Assembly (NCBI GenBank): GCA_965223925.1
Contig: OZ245028.1
Location: 2,914,022 to 2,978,021, forward strand
DNA: 64,000 nt
Source: Longimicrobiales bacterium
Lineage (GTDB): Bacteria > Gemmatimonadota > Gemmatimonadetes > Longimicrobiales > Gaopeijiaceae
Direction: 5' to 3'
Shown here: piece after piece, positions 18,430 to 26,504 of the stretch
Layout of the letters: each line of letters begins with the position of its first letter
How positions within the stretch are numbered: the first letter of the stretch is position 1
Translations under genes and position numbers: made by a program
The notes under the pieces: model-generated
What the model was told of the DNA's origin: nothing
Databases searched by the model: none
What the model saw: the letters and a program-made list of their open reading frames with translations, nothing else

Positions 18430-19605
18430 AGCCCGCGCCTCAAGCTTCTTGACCGCAGCCGCGACGGCCTGACCGGTCGGGCCTCCCGCGCCGGTGCTCC
18501 TCAGGACTTCGCGGAGCCGGGGCAGCGCTTCCACGGCGTGGATCTCGGCGAGCGCGTTCGCCGCGTGCGTGCCGGAGGGCCCCACGAGCGCCTCGCCGAG
18601 GGCCGCGATGATCTCTTCCCTGTATTCACCGCCCAACGCCTTGAGACGCCCAGAGTCGCCGCCGAGCGCCGCGAGCACGGTTTCGGCCAGCTCCCCTTCG
18701 CCCAGCTGCCTGAGCGCCTCGGCGACCCTGCCCTGAATGCGCCGACCATCGGCCTGCCGGGTGTCGCCGAGCAGAGGGATGAGGGGGCGGATCGCACCCT
18801 GGTGCCGGATCTCGGCGAGCGCAGCGATCGCCCGCGCCCTGAGCAAGGTGTCCTCGTCCCAAAGAACGGACGCGAGGGCCGGACCGGCTGCAGGGTCCCT
18901 GAGCCGTCCGAGTGCGGCGGCCGCGTCGCGGCGCGGTCCGTCGCCTTCCCAGAGGACGTGCTTGTCCTTGATCTCGCCCCCGGGCGCGCGCAGACGCCGG
19001 ATGTGGATCCGGACATCGTCCTCATACGCCTTTCCCTCGTGACAGACCTGCTGCAGGACCTCGGTGAAGAGGTCGAACAGGGTCCGGAGCTGCTCGAAAT
19101 CCTTGATGACCCCAGCCGACTGGAAGTGGAGCTCGTCCACGCCTGCGGGGAACTTGCCGAACCACCCGTCGTGCCCCTTCACGGACAGGTGAATCCTGGG
19201 CTGGGCATCGATGAGATGACGGATCTTCTCGTTGTCGAAGAGCCGCCGCACGCGCCTGGGCGCATTGCCCTTGATCACGAAGTCCTGATCGAAGCGACGA
19301 TGGCCGACCTCGATATCCTGCGTGCCCAACGCCTTCCCCAGCCCGCTGAAGACGCTCGCCCGGTAGATTTCGAACCTGAAGCCTTCCGGATTGAAATAGG
19401 GAGCGCGGAGCCTCGTGTAGGTCTGGTGCGTGTTGCCGGCGCTCTGCGTGTACGTGTCGAGCGTGATGATCCAGTCGTCGGCACGGCCCTGGACGGCAGA
19501 TTGGGTGAGGAAGCCTCCTTCGTGGAAGTGTCCACCCACCTCGCTGGAGAGCTGCCGCCAGATCTCCTTCTGGCTCGGCCCGAAGAGGGCTTTGAGAAAG
19601 CTCAT
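18304..19605 (-). CDS. HEAT-repeat protein with an unrecognised ~190-aa N-terminal domain.
   Basis: Its start (MSFLKALFG, ATG 19605) overlaps the stop of the upstream Hsp70-like gene (ATGA). The C-terminal half has repeated A..ALG.L.D..A...L HEAT/PBS-lyase-like units. Confidence 0.65.
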   Translation of the reverse strand: MSFLKALFGPSQKEIWRQLSSEVGGHFHEGGFLTQSAVQGRADDWIITLDTYTQSAGNTHQTYTRLRAPYFNPEGFRFEIYRASVFSGLGKALGTQDIEVGHRRFDQDFVIKGNAPRRVRRLFDNEKIRHLIDAQPRIHLSVKGHDGWFGKFPAGVDELHFQSAGVIKDFEQLRTLFDLFTEVLQQVCHEGKAYEDDVRIHIRRLRAPGGEIKDKHVLWEGDGPRRDAAAALGRLRDPAAGPALASVLWDEDTLLRARAIAALAEIRHQGAIRPLIPLLGDTRQADGRRIQGRVAEALRQLGEGELAETVLAALGGDSGRLKALGGEYREEIIAALGEALVGPSGTHAANALAEIHAVEALPRLREVLRSTGAGGPTGQAVAAAVKKLEARASLPRAAAAADVQVDTLPRAAREPGPDSGTLPRGSRGPADDR

Positions 19606-21194
19606 CGCAGTCGTACCACCGGGTGCTTGACCCTCAGGTCGGTCTTCCGGTGCAGGTCGTGCACGGTAACGCACAGCCAGCGGTTTTCGTCCACAGAGTA
19701 GGTTACGCGCAGCCGGGGTGCCGCTCCCCTGCCGGGCGGGTTGAGCGGCAGCGCCGGGTCCGCCTCGTTGAGGCACAGGCAGAACGCCCGTTCACCCGTG
19801 GTCCCGGGCACGAAATAGCGGGAGCCGCTGGCTCGCTCGGTCCAGCCGACCGGACGCCCGGCGACGCGCCCGACCTCGCAGATGAAGAGGTTGATGTGTT
19901 GCTGGCCATCGAAGCCGGGGGCGTAGTAGCGCGTCACGAAGTTGTCGACCGTCGGGAAGGACGTGCCACCGGGGATGAGCAGCTCGTACTCGGCCTCGTC
20001 GTCGTCGTCGGGCAGGACGCGAAGCGCGTAGTCGTGGTAGATGAAGTCCTCCACGTGCGCGCCTCCCGCAAAGATGCACGCACCTCGCGCGACGGCCTCG
20101 AAGGGGAGCCACTCCCGCACCTTCTCCCGGCCGAGCACGTCGCCCACGACGTTGCGCACTTCCGGAAGGAGGGTGGACCCGCCCTCGAGGATCACATCGT
20201 CAACGTCGCCGGCGGGCACGCCATGCCGGGTCCGCAGCTCGGTGAGCAGCGCGCCCAGGAGCTCCCGCATCCGCGCGTACAGGCCGTTCTCGGCGAGAAT
20301 GTCGCTGAGGACGTTGTAGTCCAGCTTCCCGAATGATTCGCTCCGGAAGGTGAAGTCGCCCTCGCTCCCCGCGCTCGCGAGCAGCTTCACGCGCTCGGCC
20401 TCCCACCGGAGCGCGACCTCCCATTCGGGCCAGTCGTGCAGGGCCGCCGGGACGAACCGCTCCAGAATCCAGCGGTCGACGTCGTCACCGCCGAGCTCCA
20501 CGGCCTGCTTCGCCAGCACCTCCGCCTGGCCGGTCTCCACCGTCCGTGCGCCGTGGGTCCGCACGACGGCGGCTTCCATCGATCCGCCGCCAAAATCGAA
20601 GGCGACGAGGGTTGTGGGGCGTCCGACGTCCACGCCGTAGCCGAGCGCGGCCGCGACGGGCTCGTCGAGTGTGCGGAACACGATCCGGGTCGGCTTCCCC
20701 CGGAGGCGCGCCCACACGCGCTCCCACCAGCCACGGTGCTTCAGGCTTCGGATGATCCCCTGCAGCTCGGCCCGGTACGTCTCGTAGAAACCGCTCGGCG
20801 TGGCGATGGTGATGTCGGTGACTTCTTCGCCGAATCGCGCCTCGAGGGTGCTGATGACCTCCCGGAGGAAGAGCGAAGCGACATCCTGAGCGGTGAAGGA
20901 CCTCCCGCCCACGCGCGCCATGGCCCGGCCGCTCTCCGTGCCGAGATGGCGCTTGAACCCGCGCGCGAAGCCAGTTGCCTGTCCGTCCCAGTTGTAGGTG
21001 ACGGCCTCCTGCCCGATCAGGACCTGCTCACCGCCTGAGTCCATGACGCATACGCATGACGGCATGACCGGGGTCTGCGTAACGGGCTCGATCTTCGCGA
21101 GGTCCGGCAGGTTCACGATGTGCGGCCGGCCGGACCGGTCTTCGCAGATGGTCGTGTTGGACGTGCCGAGGTCGATGGCCCAGTGGGTTGGCAT
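19602..21194 (-). CDS. Atypical Hsp70/actin-fold ATPase: DnaK-like nucleotide-binding domain with a non-canonical C-terminal domain.
   Basis: AIDLGTSNTT (phosphate 1), FDFGGGSMEAAVV (phosphate 2), ILEGGSTLLPEV (adenosine motif). The C-terminal ~150 aa do not look like a canonical substrate-binding domain or lid. Start taken at MPTHWAIDLG. Confidence 0.75.
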   Translation of the reverse strand: MPTHWAIDLGTSNTTICEDRSGRPHIVNLPDLAKIEPVTQTPVMPSCVCVMDSGGEQVLIGQEAVTYNWDGQATGFARGFKRHLGTESGRAMARVGGRSFTAQDVASLFLREVISTLEARFGEEVTDITIATPSGFYETYRAELQGIIRSLKHRGWWERVWARLRGKPTRIVFRTLDEPVAAALGYGVDVGRPTTLVAFDFGGGSMEAAVVRTHGARTVETGQAEVLAKQAVELGGDDVDRWILERFVPAALHDWPEWEVALRWEAERVKLLASAGSEGDFTFRSESFGKLDYNVLSDILAENGLYARMRELLGALLTELRTRHGVPAGDVDDVILEGGSTLLPEVRNVVGDVLGREKVREWLPFEAVARGACIFAGGAHVEDFIYHDYALRVLPDDDDEAEYELLIPGGTSFPTVDNFVTRYYAPGFDGQQHINLFICEVGRVAGRPVGWTERASGSRYFVPGTTGERAFCLCLNEADPALPLNPPGRGAAPRLRVTYSVDENRWLCVTVHDLHRKTDLRVKHPVVRLR

Positions 21195-21213
21195 GGAGGG
21201 AAGGGGTGGCAGG

Positions 21214-21840
21214 TTACCGGCCGGGGGCATCCACAGGCAGATCGGTGGTGACGATGGCGAAAATACCCCCGGCATCCCGCGCCGGGACCGAGCGCGTAAT
21301 CATCCAGATCTCACCACCGCCCGCATCAAAGTAAGGGGGCGTCCAGATACTCGTGTCCGCGGCCAATGGCATCGTGATCCACTCCTGCGCCTCGATGTTG
21401 TATTCGGGCTGGGCAAGATCGGATGATCCAGCGCTGGGGGTGGCGGGCTCGTCCCCGACCAACTTTGCCCACGTCTCGCCGTCGGCGCCCGTGGCCTCCA
21501 GGATCACGTCGTAGAGCGCTTCCACTTCGTGCGACCTGCCGCGAACCACGCCGTTCCGATCCACCACGACATAGGTGGTTGTCAGGTCGATATAGTGCGG
21601 GTCGAGCTCTTGCAGCCCCAGCGCCGCCTCCGCTTCCTCCAGCGACTTGTCCTCATTGCCCGGCTCCCTGAGCCACTGTCCGACGCGCAGAGTGTTCATC
21701 CTCTGGTCGATCTTGTAGCTCTCGACCGTCTGCCAGGCCTCGATGCGTTCGGGCCCGGTGTCGCCCCCCGCTTCGACGTCGGTGCGTGTACAGCTGGCGA
21801 GCAGCAGCGCGGCGAACAGTGCGGTTGTGGGTTTGGTCAC
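21214..21840 (-). CDS. Lipoprotein with a Cache-like extracellular ligand-binding domain.
   Basis: Lipobox LLASC after a GTG start at 21840, with GGAG 8 nt upstream. The C-terminal WTPPYFDAGGGEIWMITRSVPARDAGGIFAIVTTDL resembles the Cache motif W..PY.D......mit.s.P. Confidence 0.5.
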   Translation of the reverse strand: MTKPTTALFAALLLASCTRTDVEAGGDTGPERIEAWQTVESYKIDQRMNTLRVGQWLREPGNEDKSLEEAEAALGLQELDPHYIDLTTTYVVVDRNGVVRGRSHEVEALYDVILEATGADGETWAKLVGDEPATPSAGSSDLAQPEYNIEAQEWITMPLAADTSIWTPPYFDAGGGEIWMITRSVPARDAGGIFAIVTTDLPVDAPGR

Positions 21841-21928
21841 GTTATTGGCTCCGGCCGAATTGGTCGCGTTTCGGACAACTCGCGGGGCGGAGAGTAGCGG
21901 GTGGGGGGGTTGGGGGGGAAGGGGAATC

Positions 21929-22135
21929 TTAGACCCGGTCATCCGCGACTTGGTAGACCAGGCGGTGTTCGATGTCGCTCCGGCGCGACCACCGGCCGGC
22001 GAGTTCGCGGCGCAGGGGTTCGGGCTTGCCGATTCCGCCGAAAGGGTCGCGGAGAATCGCTTCGACCAGCTTGAGTATGCGTAGCGCCCGCTTCCGGTCG
22101 GTCCGCGTCCTGGATTGGATTAGTAACGGATTCGA
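21929..22135 (-). pseudogene. yoeB: YoeB/Txe-family toxin remnant: degenerate N-terminus, C-terminal catalytic tail missing, no antitoxin gene.
   Basis: [56 protein letters not shown] matches the YoeB core (GKPE.L...L.G.WSRRI..EHRLVY.v.dd). It stops about 12 aa before the conserved ...RYHY end. Confidence 0.6.
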
Positions 22136-22141
22136 TAAAAA

Positions 22142-22160
22142 CGTACAGAAATTATGTACG
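22142..22160. promoter_or_regulatory. Inverted repeat CGTACA-N7-TGTACG in an AT-rich patch next to the YoeB remnant (operator-like).
   Basis: cgtacagaaattatgtacg. The GTAC-core palindrome sits in the only AT-rich stretch of this region. Confidence 0.3.
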
Positions 22161-22349
22161 ATTATGGTGGTCAGGGCACGTCTCCGGGGAGGTGAGCGGC
22201 GTCGGCACGTCGATGGCACCGGCCGCCAAATCGGCCGCCGCAAGCAATTCGGCCATCCATCATTCGCGCCGGTCTTGCTTGCTTTTCGGCAACGGCCGTC
22301 CGAGCTTGCCGGGCGGAGGGCCAAACAGCAAGAGGAACAAGGAAAAACC

Positions 22350-22967
22350 ATGCTGCACAGGGCGAGACACGGGTGGGTCGAGGTCGTCGCCGGCGTCATG
22401 TTCAGCGGAAAGTCCGAGGAGTTGATCCGGCGCGTGCGGCGTACCCTCATCGCCGGCCGGCGGGTTCAGCTCTTCAAGTCCCACCTCGACGACCGCTACG
22501 GCGGCCAGTTCAGTATCTCGTCCCACGACGGCCGCCAGATCGACGCGGAGCCCGTGTCCAACTCCGTGCAGGTCGCCGAAAAAGTTCGCCCGGGGACGCA
22601 GGTCGTCGCCATCGACGAGGCCCAGTTCCTGGACGATGGCATCTGCGAGGTTGCCGATGCGCTGGCGGACGCCGGGATGCGGGTCATCGTGGCCGGCACC
22701 GACATGGACTTCCGCGGCGAGCCCTTCGGTCCCATGGGGCTGCTCCTGGCGCGCGCGGAGCGGATCGACAAGTTGCACGCGATCTGCGTCGTGTGCGGCG
22801 ATCCGGCGACGAGGAACCAGCGCCTCATCGACGGGAAGCCTGCACCCGCAGAGGGCCCGACGATCCAGGTGGGAGGCGCCGAGTCCTACGAGGCGCGCTG
22901 CCGCCGTTGCCACGACGTGCCGAAGCGAGGTCGGGCCCAGAGGGAGCTGTTGCTGAAGGCGACCAAG
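22350..22967 (+). CDS. tdk: Thymidine kinase. It has no stop codon of its own, and the reading frame continues into the next feature.
   Basis: [14 protein letters not shown] (P-loop), [11 protein letters not shown], and the zinc-ribbon pattern C.VCG.......R.......C..CH. ATG at 22350 preceded by aggaacaaggaaaaacc. Confidence 0.85.
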
Positions 22968-23405
22968 ATGTCACAGGCTGCCCGGGGTCTCATCGTAGCG
23001 GTCCTGGCCATTGCCGGTTTCGGTTGCCAAGAGGATTCCCAAAGCACGCGGAATCCCGATGTTCCGGCCGATTCCGCGACCGTATTCCTGTCCGATTCCG
23101 CGTCCGTGGATATCGTCCGGATCTCCAATCTGCACGCCGTGGACCTTCCTCAAGTCGCGAAGAGGCTGATCTATTCCACAGCCGCGGATTTCGAGTTCGA
23201 CCACGTCGTGGGAGCGGTTTTCCTTCCGGATTCATCGCTGGTAGTCGCTGACCGGGGGTCATCCCAACTCATCCTCCTCGATCGAGAGGGAAATGTTCGA
23301 GCGCGCACAGGTCGAGAGGGGGAGGGGCCGGGAGATGCCGCGTTAGTGGTTGGGCAGCCGGGGAACACTGGTTGCCTGTGGGCCCGCCACTCATCCCTAC
23401 TCTGA
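22968..23405 (+). pseudogene. N-terminal fragment (lipoprotein signal plus first blade, up to the GEGPG motif) of a beta-propeller paralogue, in frame with tdk.
   Basis: MSQAARGLIVAVLAIAGFGCQ (lipobox) ... LILLDREGNVRARTGREGEGPGD, then unrelated sequence and a stop. It is cut where the convergent ATPase gene ends. Confidence 0.6.
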
Positions 23406-24518
23406 TCCCTCGTCCCCCTCGGTTAACCATCGGCCAAACCCCGGGTCCGCGAGTTCCCACTTTCCTCTCGCGGTGTCGACAATCCCGAGGCGTTCCAGCC
23501 TCCGAAGCGCCGCCTGTACACGCGCGGCGCTTGGCGCCTCGTCGCCGAGCGCCTCGCGAAAGACTCGGCTGAACGGCCTGGGAGCACCCATCGCCAAGGC
23601 GCGTGCTGTCTCGCGCTGAATCGGCGTGAGGGCCAACCATGTCTCCGGGTAGCCGAGGTCTGCGGCAATACGCTCCCGGACGTGATCGAGGGCCGAGCTG
23701 ATCGTATGCTCCGCGTCGTACAACATTGTCTGGACCAGCAAGCGAAAGAAGTAGGGATTGCGATGAAGACGGTCGAAAGCATCAAGCATTCCGTCGGGAT
23801 CCAGGTTTCGTTTCGACGTTTTTCGAAACACGGCCACAACGTGGTCTACGAACAGCTTGCCGAGCGCGGGGAGATCAATCGGTGTGGCAAAGTGGAAGAA
23901 CGGAGCCTCCCGGTTCGAGAACATCGCCGCCAGGCCGGCACGGCTGGATCCGGTAAATACCGCCTTTAATCCCTCCCGTCGCTTGTCCAGACCGGTCCTC
24001 AGCGCGGCCACGAGCGGTGAGTTGCTACGGCTACGCGCCAGTTCCTGGACCTCGTCCAATAGCAGGATGGTCGGCCGGGTCTTCCTGGAGACCCGTCCCA
24101 ACAGGTCGTCAAGGTGGAGGAGTAGATTGGTCGGCGGTTCGCCCTTGAGTCGGGTGAGATCGATCTCTGCTTCGGCCCCCGTTCCGGTACCGGGAACTGC
24201 TGCCGAGAGCTTCAGCTTGGGAGCCACTCTCCAGGCAGAAGTTCGAATCCTGTCCGCCAGTGTGCCCCGCTCCCGCGATTTCTCAAGAGCGTGTAGCAGC
24301 ACCGCCAGCGGGCTGAGCGGCGCTTGCCAAAACGATGCGTAGATCACACGGTGTCCCTGTGCTTCGGCGTGCGGCGCCAGGTCCTGGACGAGGAACTCGG
24401 TCTTGCCTGCTCGCCGTGGAGCGAAGAGGCTCAGCGCCTGAACCGGGCCATGAGCAAGTGTATTGAGTACCTGGTCGGCGAGTTCGTCGCGGCGGAAATG
24501 CCAAGGGTCTCTGGTCAT
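23397..24518 (-). CDS. P-loop ATPase (archaeal-ATPase / ORC-like AAA type) with a C-terminal winged-helix domain.
   Basis: Walker A FAPRRAGKTEF and Walker B ILLLDEVQE. C-terminal RVQAALRRLERLGIVDTARGKWELADP is wHTH-like. Confidence 0.65.
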   Translation of the reverse strand: MTRDPWHFRRDELADQVLNTLAHGPVQALSLFAPRRAGKTEFLVQDLAPHAEAQGHRVIYASFWQAPLSPLAVLLHALEKSRERGTLADRIRTSAWRVAPKLKLSAAVPGTGTGAEAEIDLTRLKGEPPTNLLLHLDDLLGRVSRKTRPTILLLDEVQELARSRSNSPLVAALRTGLDKRREGLKAVFTGSSRAGLAAMFSNREAPFFHFATPIDLPALGKLFVDHVVAVFRKTSKRNLDPDGMLDAFDRLHRNPYFFRLLVQTMLYDAEHTISSALDHVRERIAADLGYPETWLALTPIQRETARALAMGAPRPFSRVFREALGDEAPSAARVQAALRRLERLGIVDTARGKWELADPGFGRWLTEGDEGSE

Positions 24519-24546
24519 CGGTGTCGTTATCCGGATTTAGCCATGA

Positions 24547-24573
24547 ATGGATAATTATCCATTGATGGATAAT
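24547..24573. promoter_or_regulatory. Perfect 16-bp palindrome ATGGATAATTATCCAT plus an extra half-site ATGGATAAT, directly upstream of the ATPase gene.
   Basis: Palindrome at 24547-24562 and half-site at 24565-24573, in an AT-rich 80-bp gap 30-55 bp upstream of the ATG at 24518. Confidence 0.4.
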
Positions 24574-24611
24574 CGTGGCTAAACCCGTTTACCGCAACTG
24601 GGGTACGCTCG

Positions 24612-26246
24612 CTAGTCCCCTGGGACACGCAGAATCGGATACACCCCCCCAACACGCAGCCGGTCCGCAAGAAACCCCCAGTTCGCAAACCCGTCGTCGG
24701 ACTGTGGCTCCACCAGGCTGAACAGGAGACGTCCCAACGGCTGGTCGGCCCGCACCAGCATATCTCCGGGGGCCGGGGTGACTCGGTCCGGCTCGTAGCG
24801 TCCGAAGAGGGTTTGCTCGTTGCGCCCCTGGAACGGCCGCTCGGCCGTCCGCAGCGAATCGATGTGGAACGCCTCCACATCCAGGGGCGTCGCCTCCGCC
24901 GGCTCGAGCGCGATGCCGTGTGCCGCGAGCCTTGTCAGGACCTCTTCCAGACCGGCGGGAATCAGGTAGGCCCGGGGGACGCGCTCTCGCAGCGTCGGCG
25001 CAAACGTCCCGTACTCGTACATGGGCTCGACGTACTGCGTATCAGCGCGCAAGAGCAGCGGGCGCCCGGTGAGTGGGTGCACCTCCTCGACCGTGGCTCC
25101 CATGAGGATGTCGACCGGTGCGCCCGAGCGCTCGGGCGTGGCGCGCAACGCAAGCGAATCACCCACCACTGGGGCAGCATCGGCATCCGCGACTATTCGG
25201 CGGACCTCGTCCGCATGCTCATGGACGTAGTCCAGGATCTCTTCGACGAAGTACAGCGTCGAGAGCACGCGCTCCTCGAAGGTCGCGTAGGCGTAGGCCT
25301 CGCTCAGGATCCCGATCCTGTTGCGTAGACCGAGGTAGTTGTTGTTGAACCGCGGGCGGTGGTCGAAGGTGTACCAACCGAGCTCGCCCCCACCGCGCGC
25401 GGACGCGTTCCCGTAGTAGTAGTACTCCCAGCCGTGCTTGGCCCGGATCTCCCCGGTCACGTGGGGAAGGAGTCCCTCCCGGAGAAAATCGTCGATCTCG
25501 GCCGGCGTGTTGGGGTGGAGCGGGGGCGAATATGTGATATGGTAGGCGTGCCGCGTCCCGTTCGTCGTATGCAGATCGATGGCTACCTGCGGATCGTATT
25601 CGCTCAACAATCGCGCCACTGACCGCGCTTCGGGCGAGTCGAGCTTCATGTGATCGCGGTTCAGGTCATAGCCCTGAGCGTTCGGCCGCTGACCCATCCC
25701 TCCGATCGGCCCGTGCTGACGGCCACGATTGGTGAGGGTCACCCGTTCATTGCCGTCCGCGTTGTAGATGGGTGCGATCAGCAGGACCATCGACTCCCGC
25801 CATTCGCGGTGGCGGCCGGCCAGGAGGTCGCGGAGCAACATCTGGAGCGCCTCCTTCCCGCACACCTCGCCGCCGTGGATGTTGCCCTGCAGGTAGACGA
25901 CCGTCTTGCCGGAAGCTCTGACGGACGCCGGACTCGGATCTTCGACGTCGCCCACTACGGCCAGTGGAAGCGCCCGTCCCTCGTTCGTATAGCCGTATGT
26001 GGCATAGTGGACCGACGCCTCGCTGGCCGCCGCGCGCTCCAGGAAATCCACGACATCGGCGTAGGAACTGGTCTCGCGATACTGCGTGCGCTCCGCGCGC
26101 GTGAGAAACGTATCGTCCAGGGGCGAGGAACCATCGCACGCCGTGAGGATGGCCGTGGCGGCCGTAACCGCCGTGCATGCTGCCAGCCGCCCCCAAGTCG
26201 CAACTCCGGACTCCCATGTCGCCATGCGTTCACCGCGCCTTTCCAA
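24612..26246 (-). CDS. M14-family zinc carboxypeptidase, exported (lipobox ILTAC).
   Basis: GNIHGGEVCGKEA (HxxE zinc site), NADGNE, NRDH, and a later DLHT histidine region. Confidence 0.8.
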   Translation of the reverse strand: MERRGERMATWESGVATWGRLAACTAVTAATAILTACDGSSPLDDTFLTRAERTQYRETSSYADVVDFLERAAASEASVHYATYGYTNEGRALPLAVVGDVEDPSPASVRASGKTVVYLQGNIHGGEVCGKEALQMLLRDLLAGRHREWRESMVLLIAPIYNADGNERVTLTNRGRQHGPIGGMGQRPNAQGYDLNRDHMKLDSPEARSVARLLSEYDPQVAIDLHTTNGTRHAYHITYSPPLHPNTPAEIDDFLREGLLPHVTGEIRAKHGWEYYYYGNASARGGGELGWYTFDHRPRFNNNYLGLRNRIGILSEAYAYATFEERVLSTLYFVEEILDYVHEHADEVRRIVADADAAPVVGDSLALRATPERSGAPVDILMGATVEEVHPLTGRPLLLRADTQYVEPMYEYGTFAPTLRERVPRAYLIPAGLEEVLTRLAAHGIALEPAEATPLDVEAFHIDSLRTAERPFQGRNEQTLFGRYEPDRVTPAPGDMLVRADQPLGRLLFSLVEPQSDDGFANWGFLADRLRVGGVYPILRVPGD

Positions 26247-26504
26247 TGGTCGGGTTCCGTCAGACCACCAGCTAACCTATCGTCTGCGACACCCCTTCCA
26301 CCAACCGATTACACGGCCACGCTCTGCACATCCAGCTCCCCGTGACCGACAGGTGGACTTGGGCAATATGCATCTCGGACGGCCCTGAGCTCTCCGGACC
26401 GGTCTTCGGAGATGGTTCGTGTTGGACGGGCAGCGCCCAGCCGCTGGCGACCTCATATAGACCTGCCGTCGGGGCCTTACCGCGCCCGTGCGCTCACCCC
26501 ACCT

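Noticed and set aside
21972-22349. The 5' 126 codons of the 477-aa ORF 21972..23405.
   Set aside because: This part is antisense to the YoeB relic. The thymidine kinase motifs start only after the ATG at 22350.
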